Source of the DNA: Octopus sinensis
Lineage: Eukaryota
Length of the DNA stretch: 64,000 nucleotides
Direction of reading: 5' to 3'
Assembly (NCBI RefSeq): GCF_006345805.1
Contig: NC_043003.1
Coordinates: 61,628,001-61,692,000, forward strand
A model generated the notes under the pieces. That model was not told the DNA's origin and did not search any database. It saw nothing but the letters and a program-made list of their open reading frames with translations. Shown here one piece after another: positions 63,339 through 64,000 of this stretch. The translations under genes and the position numbers were made by a program. Numbering within the stretch: the first letter of the stretch is position 1; each line of letters opens with the position of its first letter.

Positions 63339-63542
63339 GTGGAGGCGCAATGGCCTAGTGGTTAGGGCAGCGGACTTGCGGTCGGAGGATCGCGGTTTCG
63401 ATTCCCAGACCGGGCGTTGTGTGTGTTTATTGAGCGAAAACACCTAAAAGCTCCATGAGGCTCCGGCAGGAGGTGGTGATCCCTGCTGTACTCTAAAAGG
63501 CGGTGCTCCAGCATGGCCGCGGTCAAATGACTGAAACAAGTA
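63339..63542 (+). mobile_element. tRNA-derived SINE, head fused to SINE-A tail
   Basis: Same structure and junction as 1-215. Confidence 0.85.
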
Positions 63543-63545
63543 CAA

Positions 63546-63587
<42 letters not shown>

Positions 63588-63681
63588 ATGACAATATAAG
63601 TAAAATAAGAGATGGAATGTGTTAGAATTTTATTAAGTACTTTACTCATCATCTATTTATACATTTTGTATCATTTTCCCA

Positions 63682-63720
<39 letters not shown>

Positions 63721-64000
63721 TACACACACATATATATATATACATACACACACACATGACAGGCTTCCACATAGTTTCTGTTGACCAAATTCACTCAAAA
63801 GCCATTGGTTAGCTGTGAGCTATAGTAGAAGACACCTGCCCAATGTGCCATACAGTGGAAATGAACCCAAATCCACATGGTGGAAAGCAAGGTTTTTATT
63901 CAATGTTCATGAACTTTTATCCTATATTCATGAAAAGAGCATTACAGCTTTCTATAACATAAGAATGGAAACACACCACCAGCACCACCCAATCTTCATC

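Noticed and set aside
63339-63420. tRNA gene
   Set aside because: It has A and B boxes but no complete cloverleaf and continues into SINE body; same for the other SINE heads
1-64000. CRISPR array, rRNA, prokaryotic operons
   Set aside because: No repeat-spacer array or rRNA similarity seen; the sequence is eukaryotic and repeat-dominated

Overview
AT-rich, repeat-saturated animal genomic DNA. The repeat families resemble those of Octopus/coleoid cephalopods (inference from recalled families, not a search). Most of the ORF track is microsatellite or antisense noise. The only host coding sequence I can support is one 142-bp minus-strand exon (29714-29855) that resembles TCEANC2, so most of the window is probably intronic or intergenic. 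Mobile DNA: a young 5'-truncated RTE LINE with an open 576-codon RT ORF containing a PHD-like finger; several other RTE fragments, one BovB-like; three decayed full-length mariners with TIRs and TA duplications; pogo-, piggyBac-, hAT- and Helentron-like non-autonomous elements; a Penelope-like GIY-YIG fragment; and dozens of tRNA-derived SINEs. Main unusual signals: (1) a ~1.15-kb fold-back palindrome with a templated 17-bp spacer; (2) three minimal type-I hammerhead-ribozyme-like motifs in Penelope-like termini; (3) an unexplained CpG-retaining pair of exon-like segments at 48.3-48.6 kb; (4) repeated re-targeting of the same sites by SINEs and LINEs; (5) long-TIR hairpin elements sharing a 16-bp motif. 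Repeat boundaries are approximate unless TIRs/TSDs are quoted, and not all SINE copies are listed. Family names rest on recalled consensus features.
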